Shown here: piece by piece, positions 10,114 through 19,633 of the stretch | How the letters are laid out: each line of letters opens with the position of its first letter | How positions within the stretch are numbered: the first letter of the stretch is position 1 | DNA from: an uncultured Gammaproteobacteria bacterium | GTDB taxonomy: Bacteria; Pseudomonadota; Gammaproteobacteria; Arenicellales; JAANXG01 | Assembly (NCBI GenBank): GCA_947259395.1 | Contig: CAMYMN010000021.1 | Coordinates: 9,434 to 73,433 of the forward strand | Reading direction: 5' to 3' | DNA: 64,000 nt | The notes under the pieces: generated by a model | Told to the model about the DNA's origin: nothing | Seen by the model: only the letters and a program-made list of their open reading frames with translations | Databases searched by the model: none | Translations under genes and position numbers: made by a program

Positions 10114-11181
10114 ATGACACCCAAGGCCAGCAAACTGCAATCTACCAGCGACCAACCGGAACAAGGCCGTGTCCCTCTGCGGCTGATCTATGCGCCGGCT
10201 GCCGATGAATCTGCTGCATGGGAATATGGCCAGTACGTTTTGGGCGAAACTCGGTTCGAACCCGCGCCCACCGCGATATACGAGAAGGAATTTAACCATC
10301 CGCTCGTTTGTGTCCCTACCCAGCAATTGTTGGGGCCCCCGGTCAAAGAATATTGGTTGAGCCCAACTCCTGTTGAGTATCGGCGACAAGCCGACATCCG
10401 GTTTGGCCACAATGAACAAGTACTATTTGGATACACGCAATTTTCGCTTCCGGCTAGCGGCGCATCGCTCGAGAAACAGATACGACGTCGGTACGACACA
10501 ATGCTCAAGCTGTTGAGATCGCAGGGGTACGCGCACTTGATGCGGGTATGGAATTATCTACCTCGAATCGGCGATGAAATTGAAGGTATGGAATGTTACC
10601 GTCGTTTCTGCCGCGCCAGGCACGAGGCGTTCGAGAGGTTATACGAAGACCTAATACCTAATTTGCCGGCAACGAGCGTCCTGGGAACTTCCGGAACGGA
10701 TTTGCAGATGGTGTTTCTAGCCGGTCGAACTTCGCCGCATCATTACGAAAATCCCCGCCAGGTCAGCGCGTACCATTATCCGCAAAAATATGGGCCCAAA
10801 AGTCCGCTGTTCGCCCGTGCAACCTCAGTGCGATGGAGCTGTGAAGAAACCTTGTTCATATCCGGCACCGCAAGCATTGTTGGACATGAATCACGGCATC
10901 GGCAGGATGCCGGCGCCCAGGCCGAAGAGATTCTGCGTAATATCGAGGCGTTAATAGCTCATGTCGCCGCATCAATCAGGACGGCATCACCGGGGCTGGG
11001 TGGAATTGGGCATCTGCGTGTGTATCTGCGCAATTCCAGTGATCTCGGGACGGTGCGTCAGATTGTCGAGGGTCGCCTCAGTGCCCCCACCCAGGTAGCC
11101 TATCTGCAGGCTGGTATCTGTCGTCGCGAATTACTTGTAGAGATGGAGGCCTTATTAAGCCTGAAAAACCCACCTAACTGA
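10114..11181 (+). CDS. FkbO/Hyg5/XanB2-type chorismatase family protein (RidA/YjgF-like C-terminal domain)
   Basis: RVWNYLPRI...YRRFCRARHEAF...SGTASIVGHES...QAEEILRNIEALI resembles the chorismatase / 'pteridine-dependent deoxygenase-like' family. Confidence 0.6.
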   Translation: MTPKASKLQSTSDQPEQGRVPLRLIYAPAADESAAWEYGQYVLGETRFEPAPTAIYEKEFNHPLVCVPTQQLLGPPVKEYWLSPTPVEYRRQADIRFGHNEQVLFGYTQFSLPASGASLEKQIRRRYDTMLKLLRSQGYAHLMRVWNYLPRIGDEIEGMECYRRFCRARHEAFERLYEDLIPNLPATSVLGTSGTDLQMVFLAGRTSPHHYENPRQVSAYHYPQKYGPKSPLFARATSVRWSCEETLFISGTASIVGHESRHRQDAGAQAEEILRNIEALIAHVAASIRTASPGLGGIGHLRVYLRNSSDLGTVRQIVEGRLSAPTQVAYLQAGICRRELLVEMEALLSLKNPPN

Positions 11182-11270
11182 GCAAGAAACCTAACATTGA
11201 CTGGCTGAGTCGGGTTTCATGGTCAATACTATATATGCACGGCATCAGGTGGGCCACACTCTGCTCAATC

Positions 11271-12512
11271 ATGAAGCGCAAGGTATCGACGGATGACTTG
11301 ACGTTGGGGATGTACGTTTCTGAGCTCGATCGTAGCTGGGAGTCAGCACCCTTTGAATCGCCCTTTGAACTCCAAGGCTTCACGATCCAAAACGTCGAGG
11401 AACTCCTAAAAGTCCAAAAATTGTGTCGCTACGTTTACATCGATCCCAATCTGGGGGTGGGTGCGAAGAGATATTTGTCGAACGCACACCAGTTCAATTC
11501 CGCAATCAGTATACTCCAGGAAACGGCTGCCGCGGCGTCGTTGGAGGAGTATTACCCGGAGAAGGAACCGGTCGAAAGGGAGTTAGTGCGCGCTTCGGAA
11601 ATCCTTGATGATACGCGTCGGGTTTATGATCAGGTCCTTCGCGATATTGAATCGGGTAATAAGATAGATGCAAGTACCGTTAAAAATGTGGTCGGTTCGT
11701 TGGTTGAAAGCGTGGTGCGCAACGCTTCGGCCGCTTCGTGGTTAGTTCGTTTAAAAAAACGGGATGAGACGGCATATTCACATTCGATATCGGTCTGTGT
11801 CCTCGGTTTGACGTTAGGACGTTATTTGGGGTTCAGCAGAAAGCAACTCAATGTGCTCGGCATGGCAACCTTACTTCAGGATATCGGTAAGCTGAGCATC
11901 CCACCCTATTTGCTATCAAAGGTGGAAAGACTCGACAAGAGAGAGCTCGAGTTGATCAAACTACATGTGAATAAATCTATAAGTGTGATCCGTTCGATGG
12001 ACCAAGTATCAGGTGATATTATTACCGTAACCGCTGCGCACCACGAACGTTTCGATGGTACCGGTTACCCAAGAGGTTTGTCACGGTCAGAGATTAATCC
12101 CCTCGCGTCGATTGCCGGTCTGGTAGATACCTATGAGGCAATGACAGCAAATCGCCCCTATCGACGAGCGAAAACCGGATTTGAGGCATTGATGGAGCTG
12201 TATGATGAAAGGGACCGTGCCCACCCCGGCGGCTTGATCGAACAGTTCATTCAGTGTGTGGGAATATTTCCGGTTGGCGGTTTCGTGAAACTAAACACGG
12301 GTGAGGTGGCAGTGGTCGTGCAGCGCAATCAAGTAATACAACTGAAACCTCGCGTAATGATATTAACCGATCCTAAGGGTACCAAACTGCCGCATCCGCA
12401 GTCCTTGGACTTGTCCGCACAGTTCGTGCTGCCGGGCAGAATGTCGAGGATGATCTCACAGATCGTTGATCCCAGGGACTACCATATCGACCCCCGGGAG
12501 TTGTTTTTGTAA
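11271..12512 (+). CDS. HD-GYP domain c-di-GMP phosphodiesterase with DUF3391-type N-terminal domain (paralog 1)
   Basis: N-terminus MKRKVSTDDLTLGMYVSELDRSWESAPF. HD-GYP core HHERFDGTGYPRGL. Roughly 60% identical by eye to the ORF at 13982-15223. Confidence 0.85.
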   Translation: MKRKVSTDDLTLGMYVSELDRSWESAPFESPFELQGFTIQNVEELLKVQKLCRYVYIDPNLGVGAKRYLSNAHQFNSAISILQETAAAASLEEYYPEKEPVERELVRASEILDDTRRVYDQVLRDIESGNKIDASTVKNVVGSLVESVVRNASAASWLVRLKKRDETAYSHSISVCVLGLTLGRYLGFSRKQLNVLGMATLLQDIGKLSIPPYLLSKVERLDKRELELIKLHVNKSISVIRSMDQVSGDIITVTAAHHERFDGTGYPRGLSRSEINPLASIAGLVDTYEAMTANRPYRRAKTGFEALMELYDERDRAHPGGLIEQFIQCVGIFPVGGFVKLNTGEVAVVVQRNQVIQLKPRVMILTDPKGTKLPHPQSLDLSAQFVLPGRMSRMISQIVDPRDYHIDPRELFL

Positions 12513-12532
12513 TCGTGTAGTATCCAGAAAAC

Positions 12533-13867
12533 ATGGTTAACACGCGACCAGATCTTAAAGCAATAAGTCCTGCGACAGATGCGGCAGCACCTGACCAAGA
12601 TGTTGCAGCGTCACCAATACAAATAGATCGGCTCGGTATGACAACAGCGCTATCTGACCTGATAGATAGCAGTGCACAAGGCAGCTTGTCGTTAGCCTTA
12701 ATATGCATCGATATAAATGAGTTTCGGGAGATCAATCTGTCCTCTGGATTCGATGTCGGCGACGCGGTACTTGCTGAGGTCGTATATCGCTTGCGCGGTG
12801 CACTTCGACAGGGAGACTTGCTGTTTCGTATTGGTGATGACGAGTTTGCTATTCTCCTGCCGTCAATACTACACGAAGATCATGCAATCCTGGCGGCACA
12901 CAAGATCAGTTCTTCCTTTGAGGAGTTAATTATTGTCCGCGATAGCGAACCCATGGATGTGAGGGCCAGTATCGGCATCGCGCTATATCCGGACACGGCA
13001 GACAGTGAGGGTGAGCTACTGCGCCAAGCGACAATAGCCAGGTATCGCGCCAAGTCTTCTAAATCTCCGTTCGAGCTTTACAAGAAAGTACTCACACCGG
13101 GTAATATGTCCCCGGTGGAGTTTGCACGTGAACTGCGACGCGCGGTATCCAATAACGACCTGGAGCTTTATTTCCAACCCAAATATGATTTATCTACTCG
13201 GGCGATAACGGGAGTGGAGGCTTTGTGTCGCTGGACGCATGCCACGCATGGGGTGATCAGTCCAGCGGAGTTCATTCCACTAGCCGAAGAGACCGGTATC
13301 ATTACATCAATCACTTCGTGGGCATTGAATTCTGCGTTGCGGCAATGCTCGGAGTGGCGTGTAAACGGCAAGCCGGTGGTGGTATCGGTTAATCTCTCGG
13401 CATATGACCTCGACGAGGGGGATTTTCCCGAATTGATACAGCGAACTCTGAGGACTTGGCGGGTGAATCCCTCACAGCTGATGCTGGAGATAACTGAAAC
13501 AACGATGATGCAGGACCAACAGCGTACAATCGGAATTCTAAGGCGCCTGTCTGAAATTGGAGTCGGCCTGTCAATTGACGATTTTGGCAGTGGTTACTCT
13601 TCTCTTAATTACCTGCAACAAATGCCAGTTGATGATCTGAAGATCGAAAAGGATTTTGTGTTCAAGATGGAACGCAGCGAAAGTGACATCGCGCTGGTAC
13701 GCACCGTAATCGATCTGGGACACAGTTATAATTTGACGGTCACCGCCGAGGGTGTGGAAACGGATACAGCCGAAAAGTTACTTGTGGACATGGGATGCGA
13801 CTTCGCCCAGGGTCAATACTTCTCACCGCCGGTACCCGCAGACGACTTGGAGAAACTTCTGGATTAG
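12533..13867 (+). CDS. GGDEF-EAL protein with a degenerate GGDEF motif (GDDEF) and an intact EAL domain
   Basis: RIGDDEFAILL replaces GGDEF. EAL-domain signatures are EALCRW, EITE, DDFGSGYSSLNYL, AEGVET and QGQYF. No obvious sensor domain or TM segment. Confidence 0.85.
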   Translation: MVNTRPDLKAISPATDAAAPDQDVAASPIQIDRLGMTTALSDLIDSSAQGSLSLALICIDINEFREINLSSGFDVGDAVLAEVVYRLRGALRQGDLLFRIGDDEFAILLPSILHEDHAILAAHKISSSFEELIIVRDSEPMDVRASIGIALYPDTADSEGELLRQATIARYRAKSSKSPFELYKKVLTPGNMSPVEFARELRRAVSNNDLELYFQPKYDLSTRAITGVEALCRWTHATHGVISPAEFIPLAEETGIITSITSWALNSALRQCSEWRVNGKPVVVSVNLSAYDLDEGDFPELIQRTLRTWRVNPSQLMLEITETTMMQDQQRTIGILRRLSEIGVGLSIDDFGSGYSSLNYLQQMPVDDLKIEKDFVFKMERSESDIALVRTVIDLGHSYNLTVTAEGVETDTAEKLLVDMGCDFAQGQYFSPPVPADDLEKLLD

Positions 13868-13981
13868 CGATTGTGATTTGGGAGTTGTTAACACGCTAGG
13901 CGGTAGTGATTTCCAGTCTCGTGGTGGTCGACTTCACCTCAATCGGTAATAATATGCGTCAAACGCCCGTCCCTCAGGTGC

Positions 13982-15223
13982 ATGAAAAATAAAGTTTCAA
14001 TAAATGATCTTAAGCTTGGCATGTATGTCGTTGAGCTCGACCGTCCGTGGGAATCAGTTCCTTTCGAGGAGCCCTTCGATCTGCAAGGGTTTACGATCAC
14101 CACTGTCGATGAAATTGCCAGACTGCAGGAGCTTTGCCGCTATGTGTATATAGATCCCGAGCTTGGTGTCGGTGCTGCGAAATACCTTTCTGAAGAGCTC
14201 AATCTGACTGACTTGGACAGTCTGGTGAAAAAAACTGCGGATGCTATACCGCTGCAGGATTTTTATCCGGAACAGGTCACAGTAGAAGAGGAACTCAATC
14301 AGGCTCAGGAGATACTGCAGGACAGCCGTGCGGTTTACGATAAGGTTGTTCAGGATATCCAGGCCGGAAATATTGCCGACACGAAGGCGGTGAAAAAGGT
14401 CGTCAATTCTCTGGTAGAAAGTGTGCTCAGGAATCCAGCGGCAACGGCGTGGTTGGTGCGATTAAAGCATCGCGATGAGACATCGTACTCACATGCGATA
14501 TCGGTGTGTGTGATGGCGCTCACTTTGGGACGATTCTTGGGTTTGCCGAAGAATGATCTCGAGACCTTGGGTGTTGCGGCGTTGTTACAAGATCTGGGGA
14601 AGGTAAAGCTGCCGACAGAGCTGTTATCTAAAGTCGGCGAGCTAACCCGGCAAGAGCGAGAGATGATAAAGAAACATGTGGATATCTCGGTATTGTTGGT
14701 CAATTCCATGAACGATGTTCCAAAAGAGGTGGTGGACGTTGTCGCGTCGCATCATGAGCGATTCGACGGTTCCGGATATCCGCGTAAGTTTTCGCGCTCG
14801 CAAATCGATACATTGGCGGCCATCGCCGGACTGGTGGATTCCTATGAGGCGATGACAGCAGACCGACCCTATCGTAAAGCTAAAACGTCTTTTCAAGCAT
14901 TGATGGAACTGTATGAAGAACGGGACAAGATATTTCCTGGTGGGCTGGTCGAGCAGTTCATCCAGTGTATCGGCATCTTTCCGGTCGGAAGTTTTGTGGA
15001 ATTAAACTCCGGAGAGATCGGTGTGGTGGTTAGTCGAAACCGGGTACAACAATTAAAACCGCGAGTTATGGTCCTGATTGATCCGCAACGAGAAAGGATG
15101 CCACAACCGCAAGCCATAGACCTGGCAGCGCAATACTTACTGCCAGCCAAGACGCCTCGCATAATCACGAAAATTGTTGACCCGGAAAAGTATGATCTCG
15201 ATCCAAGTCAATTTTTCTTCTAA
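13982..15223 (+). CDS. HD-GYP domain c-di-GMP phosphodiesterase with DUF3391-type N-terminal domain (paralog 2)
   Basis: N-terminus MKNKVSINDLKLGMYVVELDRPWESVPF and HD-GYP core HHERFDGSGYPRKF. Collinear with paralog 1 over its full length. Confidence 0.85.
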   Translation: MKNKVSINDLKLGMYVVELDRPWESVPFEEPFDLQGFTITTVDEIARLQELCRYVYIDPELGVGAAKYLSEELNLTDLDSLVKKTADAIPLQDFYPEQVTVEEELNQAQEILQDSRAVYDKVVQDIQAGNIADTKAVKKVVNSLVESVLRNPAATAWLVRLKHRDETSYSHAISVCVMALTLGRFLGLPKNDLETLGVAALLQDLGKVKLPTELLSKVGELTRQEREMIKKHVDISVLLVNSMNDVPKEVVDVVASHHERFDGSGYPRKFSRSQIDTLAAIAGLVDSYEAMTADRPYRKAKTSFQALMELYEERDKIFPGGLVEQFIQCIGIFPVGSFVELNSGEIGVVVSRNRVQQLKPRVMVLIDPQRERMPQPQAIDLAAQYLLPAKTPRIITKIVDPEKYDLDPSQFFF

Positions 15224-15386
15224 CACATCGCGTCATTCGCGATAAATCCACGAGTTAGGCGGCTTTCGTAAACCGCGTCCCCATTGGTCCGCCTAACGCC
15301 AACATCTACATAAATGCGAGTGCCAGCACTACGAGCCAACATATCGAACCAATCACGACTCGAACTACCGCCGACCATACACGTGC

Positions 15387-16100
15387 ATGTCACGGCAACA
15401 ATATGAGTCAATTGTCGTCTTAACTGGAGCCGGCATTTCCGCCGAGTCCGGCATATCCACATTTCGCGCACAGGACGGTCTGTGGGAGAACTATCGGGTT
15501 GAAGAGGTTGCCTCACCCCAGGGGTTTACAGCCAATCCACGCCTGGTCCACCGGTTTTATAACGGCAGGCGTCAACAGCTGTTATCGGGAACGGTGCAGC
15601 CCAATCGCGCACATTTTGCGTTGGCTGGACTCGAAGCGAGGTTGCGCGGTGAGTTCTTGCTCGTGACCCAGAATATTGATGATCTGCATGAAAGAGCGGG
15701 CTCGAAAAACGTGATTCATATGCATGGAGAGCTTTTAAAACAGCGCTGTGCCTACTGCGGTGATATCGGGGCGGCTAGGCAAGCACTCAAGATCACGGAT
15801 ACCTGTACCCATTGTCATCACAGCGGTGGCATACGGCCGCATGTCGTGTGGTTCGGTGAGATGCCTCTGCGTATGGGGGAGATCTACGATGCTCTTAAAG
15901 ATTGCGATCTTTTTGTCGCCATTGGGACCTCTGGAAACGTATACCCGGCAGCGGGTTTTGTTGACGCGGCGGCCGCTGTGGGCGCGCACACCGTGGAACT
16001 GAATCTTGAACCTTCTGCGGTTGAATCTGCGTTTGCAGAAAAACAATACGGGCCGGCCGGTATGTTGGTGCCGGAATATATCAGCACGCTGGCGGTCTGA
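15387..16100 (+). CDS. cobB: NAD-dependent protein deacylase (Sir2 family)
   Basis: [17 protein letters not shown]-binding motif, QNIDDLH, and zinc-ribbon cysteines CAYCG...CTHC. The 237-aa length is typical of CobB. Confidence 0.85.
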   Translation: MSRQQYESIVVLTGAGISAESGISTFRAQDGLWENYRVEEVASPQGFTANPRLVHRFYNGRRQQLLSGTVQPNRAHFALAGLEARLRGEFLLVTQNIDDLHERAGSKNVIHMHGELLKQRCAYCGDIGAARQALKITDTCTHCHHSGGIRPHVVWFGEMPLRMGEIYDALKDCDLFVAIGTSGNVYPAAGFVDAAAAVGAHTVELNLEPSAVESAFAEKQYGPAGMLVPEYISTLAV

Positions 16101-16375
16101 ATCGCCACGCAACTGGGATGTGAATTAGTGTCAATAGTCTTGTAATCCTGGAACAACAGACCTAAGCTACTCACCCTTTTTGTCGCGATGATCCGGGAGG
16201 TTAAGGCTTGCAATCCAAGCTAATCCTTCGCAAAACCTTGGGAATCTTCCTGCTCGTCATTACCGCGGGCTTGGCGAGTTGCCAGTCCTTCTTGTTTAGT
16301 TGGACTGCTGAAGCCGATGGCGTTGAATCTGCCCCAACCACTCTCGACGGTGAACCCGTCCGCCGCAACTGAGAT

Positions 16376-17239
16376 ATGAACGAACAGACCGGTGGTGAAT
16401 CCTTTACAAGTGCTCAACGGGTAACGAAGACCCCAGGGGTGGTTTCCTTTGGTGGAGCGCTCCTGTTTATTTTTCCTATCCCATTGTTCATGGCGGTTGC
16501 GGTATCGTTGGGCCGCGGCGACTTTTCTGGTGTGCTGGGAAATGCAACGGCGGCGATATTGTTTCTGGTTGGCGCATTGACGTTGCGCAAGGGCCTGCAA
16601 GCGGAACGCGCCTATAACGCAAAAAAGGTAGCCATAGCCCCTAAGTTACCGCTCAAACTCACCGCCTCGATCATCGTTGGCATTGCCGCAGCGCTGGCTG
16701 CGAAGATTGGCGCCGATCACGGCTTCCTGGTGGCGACGTGTTTCGGTATCGGGGCAGCAGTTGGCTGCGCCCTGGCCTATGGAATGGATCCGCGAAAAGA
16801 GAAAGTGGCAAAGGTTGGTTACGGTTATACGACGGCAGAAGTCGTGGATGCATTGGAGGAGGCGGAGCAACGGGTTAGCAAGATCGAATCAGCCCGCAAC
16901 CACATCCACAACCAAGAACTGAAGGACCGACTGTCACGCATCGTGGTCTCGGCGAGGAAGGTACTTTCGGTAATTGAGGAGGATCCCCGGGACCTGCGTC
17001 GTGCACGTAAGTTTTTGAATACGTATCTCGAAGGGGCGCGAAAGGTTACTGAGGGATATGCGAGAACCCATAAAAAAACGCAGTCCAATGAATTGGAAGC
17101 AAATTTTCGTAATGTGTTAGTTACCATTGAGGAGGTTTTCGAAGAGCAGCATCGTAGACTTCTACAAAATGATGTCTTGGACCTTGATGTGCAGATTGAG
17201 GTCCTTGCAACGCAGTTGAAGCGGGAAGGCATTTTATAG
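16376..17239 (+). CDS. XpaC-like membrane protein (5-bromo-4-chloroindolyl phosphate hydrolysis protein family)
   Basis: N-terminal TM helices followed by a helical C-terminal domain (RDLRRARKFLNTYLEGARKVTEGY). It sits immediately upstream of a TelA-family gene, as in Bacillus xpaC-yaaN. Confidence 0.55.
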   Translation: MNEQTGGESFTSAQRVTKTPGVVSFGGALLFIFPIPLFMAVAVSLGRGDFSGVLGNATAAILFLVGALTLRKGLQAERAYNAKKVAIAPKLPLKLTASIIVGIAAALAAKIGADHGFLVATCFGIGAAVGCALAYGMDPRKEKVAKVGYGYTTAEVVDALEEAEQRVSKIESARNHIHNQELKDRLSRIVVSARKVLSVIEEDPRDLRRARKFLNTYLEGARKVTEGYARTHKKTQSNELEANFRNVLVTIEEVFEEQHRRLLQNDVLDLDVQIEVLATQLKREGIL

Positions 17240-17277
17240 ATCCGATCCGTTAACACGGAGCAAGAGGAAGAACAGCA

Positions 17278-18420
17278 ATGAACCAAACAACGAGTAATCT
17301 AGAAATCGATCCAAAGTTATTTGAACGAGCGACACTTCCAGACGTAGAGGACGTGGTCGTAGCTATGGACAAGGTCTCAACCGACGATCGTTCAATGATT
17401 GAATCATTGATGTCTGAGATCACGATTACGGACACGAATTCGATCATATTTTTTGGCGCCAAGGCGCAAGAAAAACTGACGGAAATATCGGATAACATGC
17501 TGGAAGGTGTGCGTAATAAGGATGTAGGCGGAGCGGGGGCCACTTTGAACGAGATGGTGGCCACGTTGCGTGGTTTTGACTCGGAAGGATTGAAAAAGCC
17601 GGGTTTCTTTGCGTGGCTGTTTGGCCGCGCCAAACCGGTAGTCAAGTTCCTTCAGCAGTATGAAAAAGTCAGTAAGCAGATCGACACGATCACCAATAAT
17701 CTTGAGGGTCATAAAACGAAGTTGTTAACTGATATTGTGTCCCTGGATCGTTTGTACGATGCCAACCTCGACTACTTTCATGAACTCGAGTTGTACATTG
17801 CCGCTGGCGATGAAAAGTTAAAGCAAGTGGACGAAGAAGTGATACCAGCGAAGGAAAAAGAAGTCACTGCATCCAGTGAGACACTGGAAGCGCAGGAGTT
17901 GCGGGACTTACGAAGCGCGCGCGATGATCTCGAACGTCGCGTTCACGATCTACGGCTCACCCGGCAGGTCACTATGCAAAGTCTGCCAAGTATCCGCATC
18001 GTGCAAGAAAACGATAAAGGTCTGGTGACAAAGATCAACTCCACTTTAGTCAATACCGTACCACTATGGCGTCAGCAATTGGCCACCTCGGTGACCATCT
18101 TCCGCTCTCAGGAGGCCACAAAATCTGTCAAAGCAGCGTCCGAACTGACCAATGATCTACTCGAGAAGAATGCCGAAATGCTCAAGACTGCCAACGCAGA
18201 GACGCGGCGTCAGATAGAACGTGGGGTATTCGACATCGAAGCGGTAAAAAAGGCGAACCGAACCCTCATCGAGACCATTGAAGACAGTCTTCGCATCGCT
18301 GACGAGGGCAAGCGATTACGAGCCGAGGCGTTGGTGGAGTTGCAGAAAGCGGAAGATGAGCTTCGCCAGACCCTGAGCGCCGCAACAGCACGCGCTGAAT
18401 CGCCAGCAGCCGGGGCTTGA
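17278..18420 (+). CDS. TelA/YaaN-family toxic anion resistance protein
   Basis: 380-aa all-helical protein (IIFFGAKAQEKLTEISDNMLEGVRNKDVG...LDRLYDANLDYFHELELYIAAG), characteristic of the TelA family. Confidence 0.75.
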   Translation: MNQTTSNLEIDPKLFERATLPDVEDVVVAMDKVSTDDRSMIESLMSEITITDTNSIIFFGAKAQEKLTEISDNMLEGVRNKDVGGAGATLNEMVATLRGFDSEGLKKPGFFAWLFGRAKPVVKFLQQYEKVSKQIDTITNNLEGHKTKLLTDIVSLDRLYDANLDYFHELELYIAAGDEKLKQVDEEVIPAKEKEVTASSETLEAQELRDLRSARDDLERRVHDLRLTRQVTMQSLPSIRIVQENDKGLVTKINSTLVNTVPLWRQQLATSVTIFRSQEATKSVKAASELTNDLLEKNAEMLKTANAETRRQIERGVFDIEAVKKANRTLIETIEDSLRIADEGKRLRAEALVELQKAEDELRQTLSAATARAESPAAGA

Positions 18421-19541
18421 GCGTGGGGCTGTTGGACAAGCTGTTCGGTGAATTCATCGACATCATCGAATGGACCGATGATTCGAATGACACCTTGGTC
18501 TATCGATTCGAGCGTTACGGCAACGAAATCAAGTATGGTGCCAAGTTAACGGTTAGGGAATCGCAGGTGGCGGTGTTCATCAACGAGGGGCAAGTCGCGG
18601 ACGTATTCAAACCGGGTATGTATGAACTCAAGACCAATAATTTGCCGATCTTGTCGACAATACAGGGATGGCCCTATGGTTTTGAAAGTCCATTCAAGTC
18701 TGAAGTGTATTTTTTCAACACCCGGCAGTTTACGGACCTGAAATGGGGTACGAAGAATCCGGTGATGTTGCGTGATTCGGAGTTCGGTCCGGTGCGCCTG
18801 CGCGGTTTCGGGACCTATTCGATCAGGGTGACAGAACCAGTTGTGTTTTTAAGGGAAATCGTTGGTACTGATGCGCACTTCACCACTGATGAGATCACCA
18901 ATCAGCTGCGCAATCTGATTGTGTCGCGGTTTGCGTCGATCCTTGGGCAGTCGGGTATCCCGGTGTTGGATTTGGCCGCGAACTACGACGACCTGAGCCA
19001 CTACGTCACTAACAAGATTCGTCCCGAGTTTGTCGCCTACGGCCTGGACGTCACCATATTGTTGGTCGAAAACATCTCCCTGCCACCAGCCGTAGAACAG
19101 GCTTTGGATCGGCGTACCAGTATGGGTATGGTGGGTAGTCTGCGCGATTATGCCAGCTTTCAGGCGGCCGAGGCGATGACCGCGGCGGCCAACAATCCCA
19201 GCGGTACGGCGGCAGCGGGTATCGGCTTGGGGGTCGGTTTTGCGATGGCCAACAAAATGGCGGAATCCATGTCGCCACCGTTGTCGCGCAAGGATTATCT
19301 GCAGTTGCCCGACAGCGCTGGGGAGAAGCAGTCGCCGGACGATAGGTATTTTATCGAAGTCGACGGCCGTCAGCAGGGTCCGGTAACTATCGAGGATATC
19401 GAAGAAAAGGTGCGATCCGCGGAAGTGGTTAGGGAAACTTTAATATGGAGTCAGACACTGGTTGACTGGACGCCGGCCGGTCAGGTGGGGGCACTGGACG
19501 AGGTGTTTGCTAAGGTGCCGCCACCGCTGCCCAACCCTTAG
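18417..19541 (+). CDS. SPFH/Band-7 superfamily protein (YdjI/COG4260-like) with a C-terminal GYF_2-like domain
   Basis: N-terminus GLLDKLFGEFIDIIEWTDDSNDTLVYRFERYGNEIKYGAKLTVRESQVAVF is typical of the YdjI-type SPFH family. The cysteine-free C-terminus YFIEVDGRQQGPVTIEDIEEKV...WSQTLVDWTPAGQV looks GYF_2-like. TTG 18417 overlaps the telA-like stop; GTG 18423 is an alternative start. Confidence 0.65.
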   Translation: MSVGLLDKLFGEFIDIIEWTDDSNDTLVYRFERYGNEIKYGAKLTVRESQVAVFINEGQVADVFKPGMYELKTNNLPILSTIQGWPYGFESPFKSEVYFFNTRQFTDLKWGTKNPVMLRDSEFGPVRLRGFGTYSIRVTEPVVFLREIVGTDAHFTTDEITNQLRNLIVSRFASILGQSGIPVLDLAANYDDLSHYVTNKIRPEFVAYGLDVTILLVENISLPPAVEQALDRRTSMGMVGSLRDYASFQAAEAMTAAANNPSGTAAAGIGLGVGFAMANKMAESMSPPLSRKDYLQLPDSAGEKQSPDDRYFIEVDGRQQGPVTIEDIEEKVRSAEVVRETLIWSQTLVDWTPAGQVGALDEVFAKVPPPLPNP

Positions 19542-19633
19542 ATTGTCCACAGGTTCACTATTCCACGGGTCTCGCAAGGCGGGGGCCGGCCGGCGCGTTG
19601 TTGCGAACCGAGTAATACAGGACGGATTCATCC

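Noticed and set aside
15227-15300. Hairpins after the second HD-GYP gene (ATCGCG-TCATT-CGCGAT and GTTAGGCGG...CCGCCTAAC) as terminators
   Set aside because: Neither is followed by a T-tract, and the second has a loop of about 28 nt. They are too weak to call as intrinsic terminators without transcript-end data.
15220-15516. 98-aa minus-strand ORF spanning the HD-GYP/cobB spacer and the cobB start
   Set aside because: It overlaps the well-supported cobB N-terminus in antisense, is Arg/Cys-rich and has no ribosome-binding site evident.
2924-16100. Possible HerA + SIR2 anti-phage pairing (HerA-like ATPase at 2924-5347 and the Sir2-family gene at 15387-16100)
   Set aside because: The two genes are about 10 kb apart in different transcription units, separated by housekeeping and signalling genes. 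The Sir2 protein is a short canonical CobB with the zinc-ribbon cysteines and NAD motif of protein deacylases, not the defence-type SIR2 architecture.
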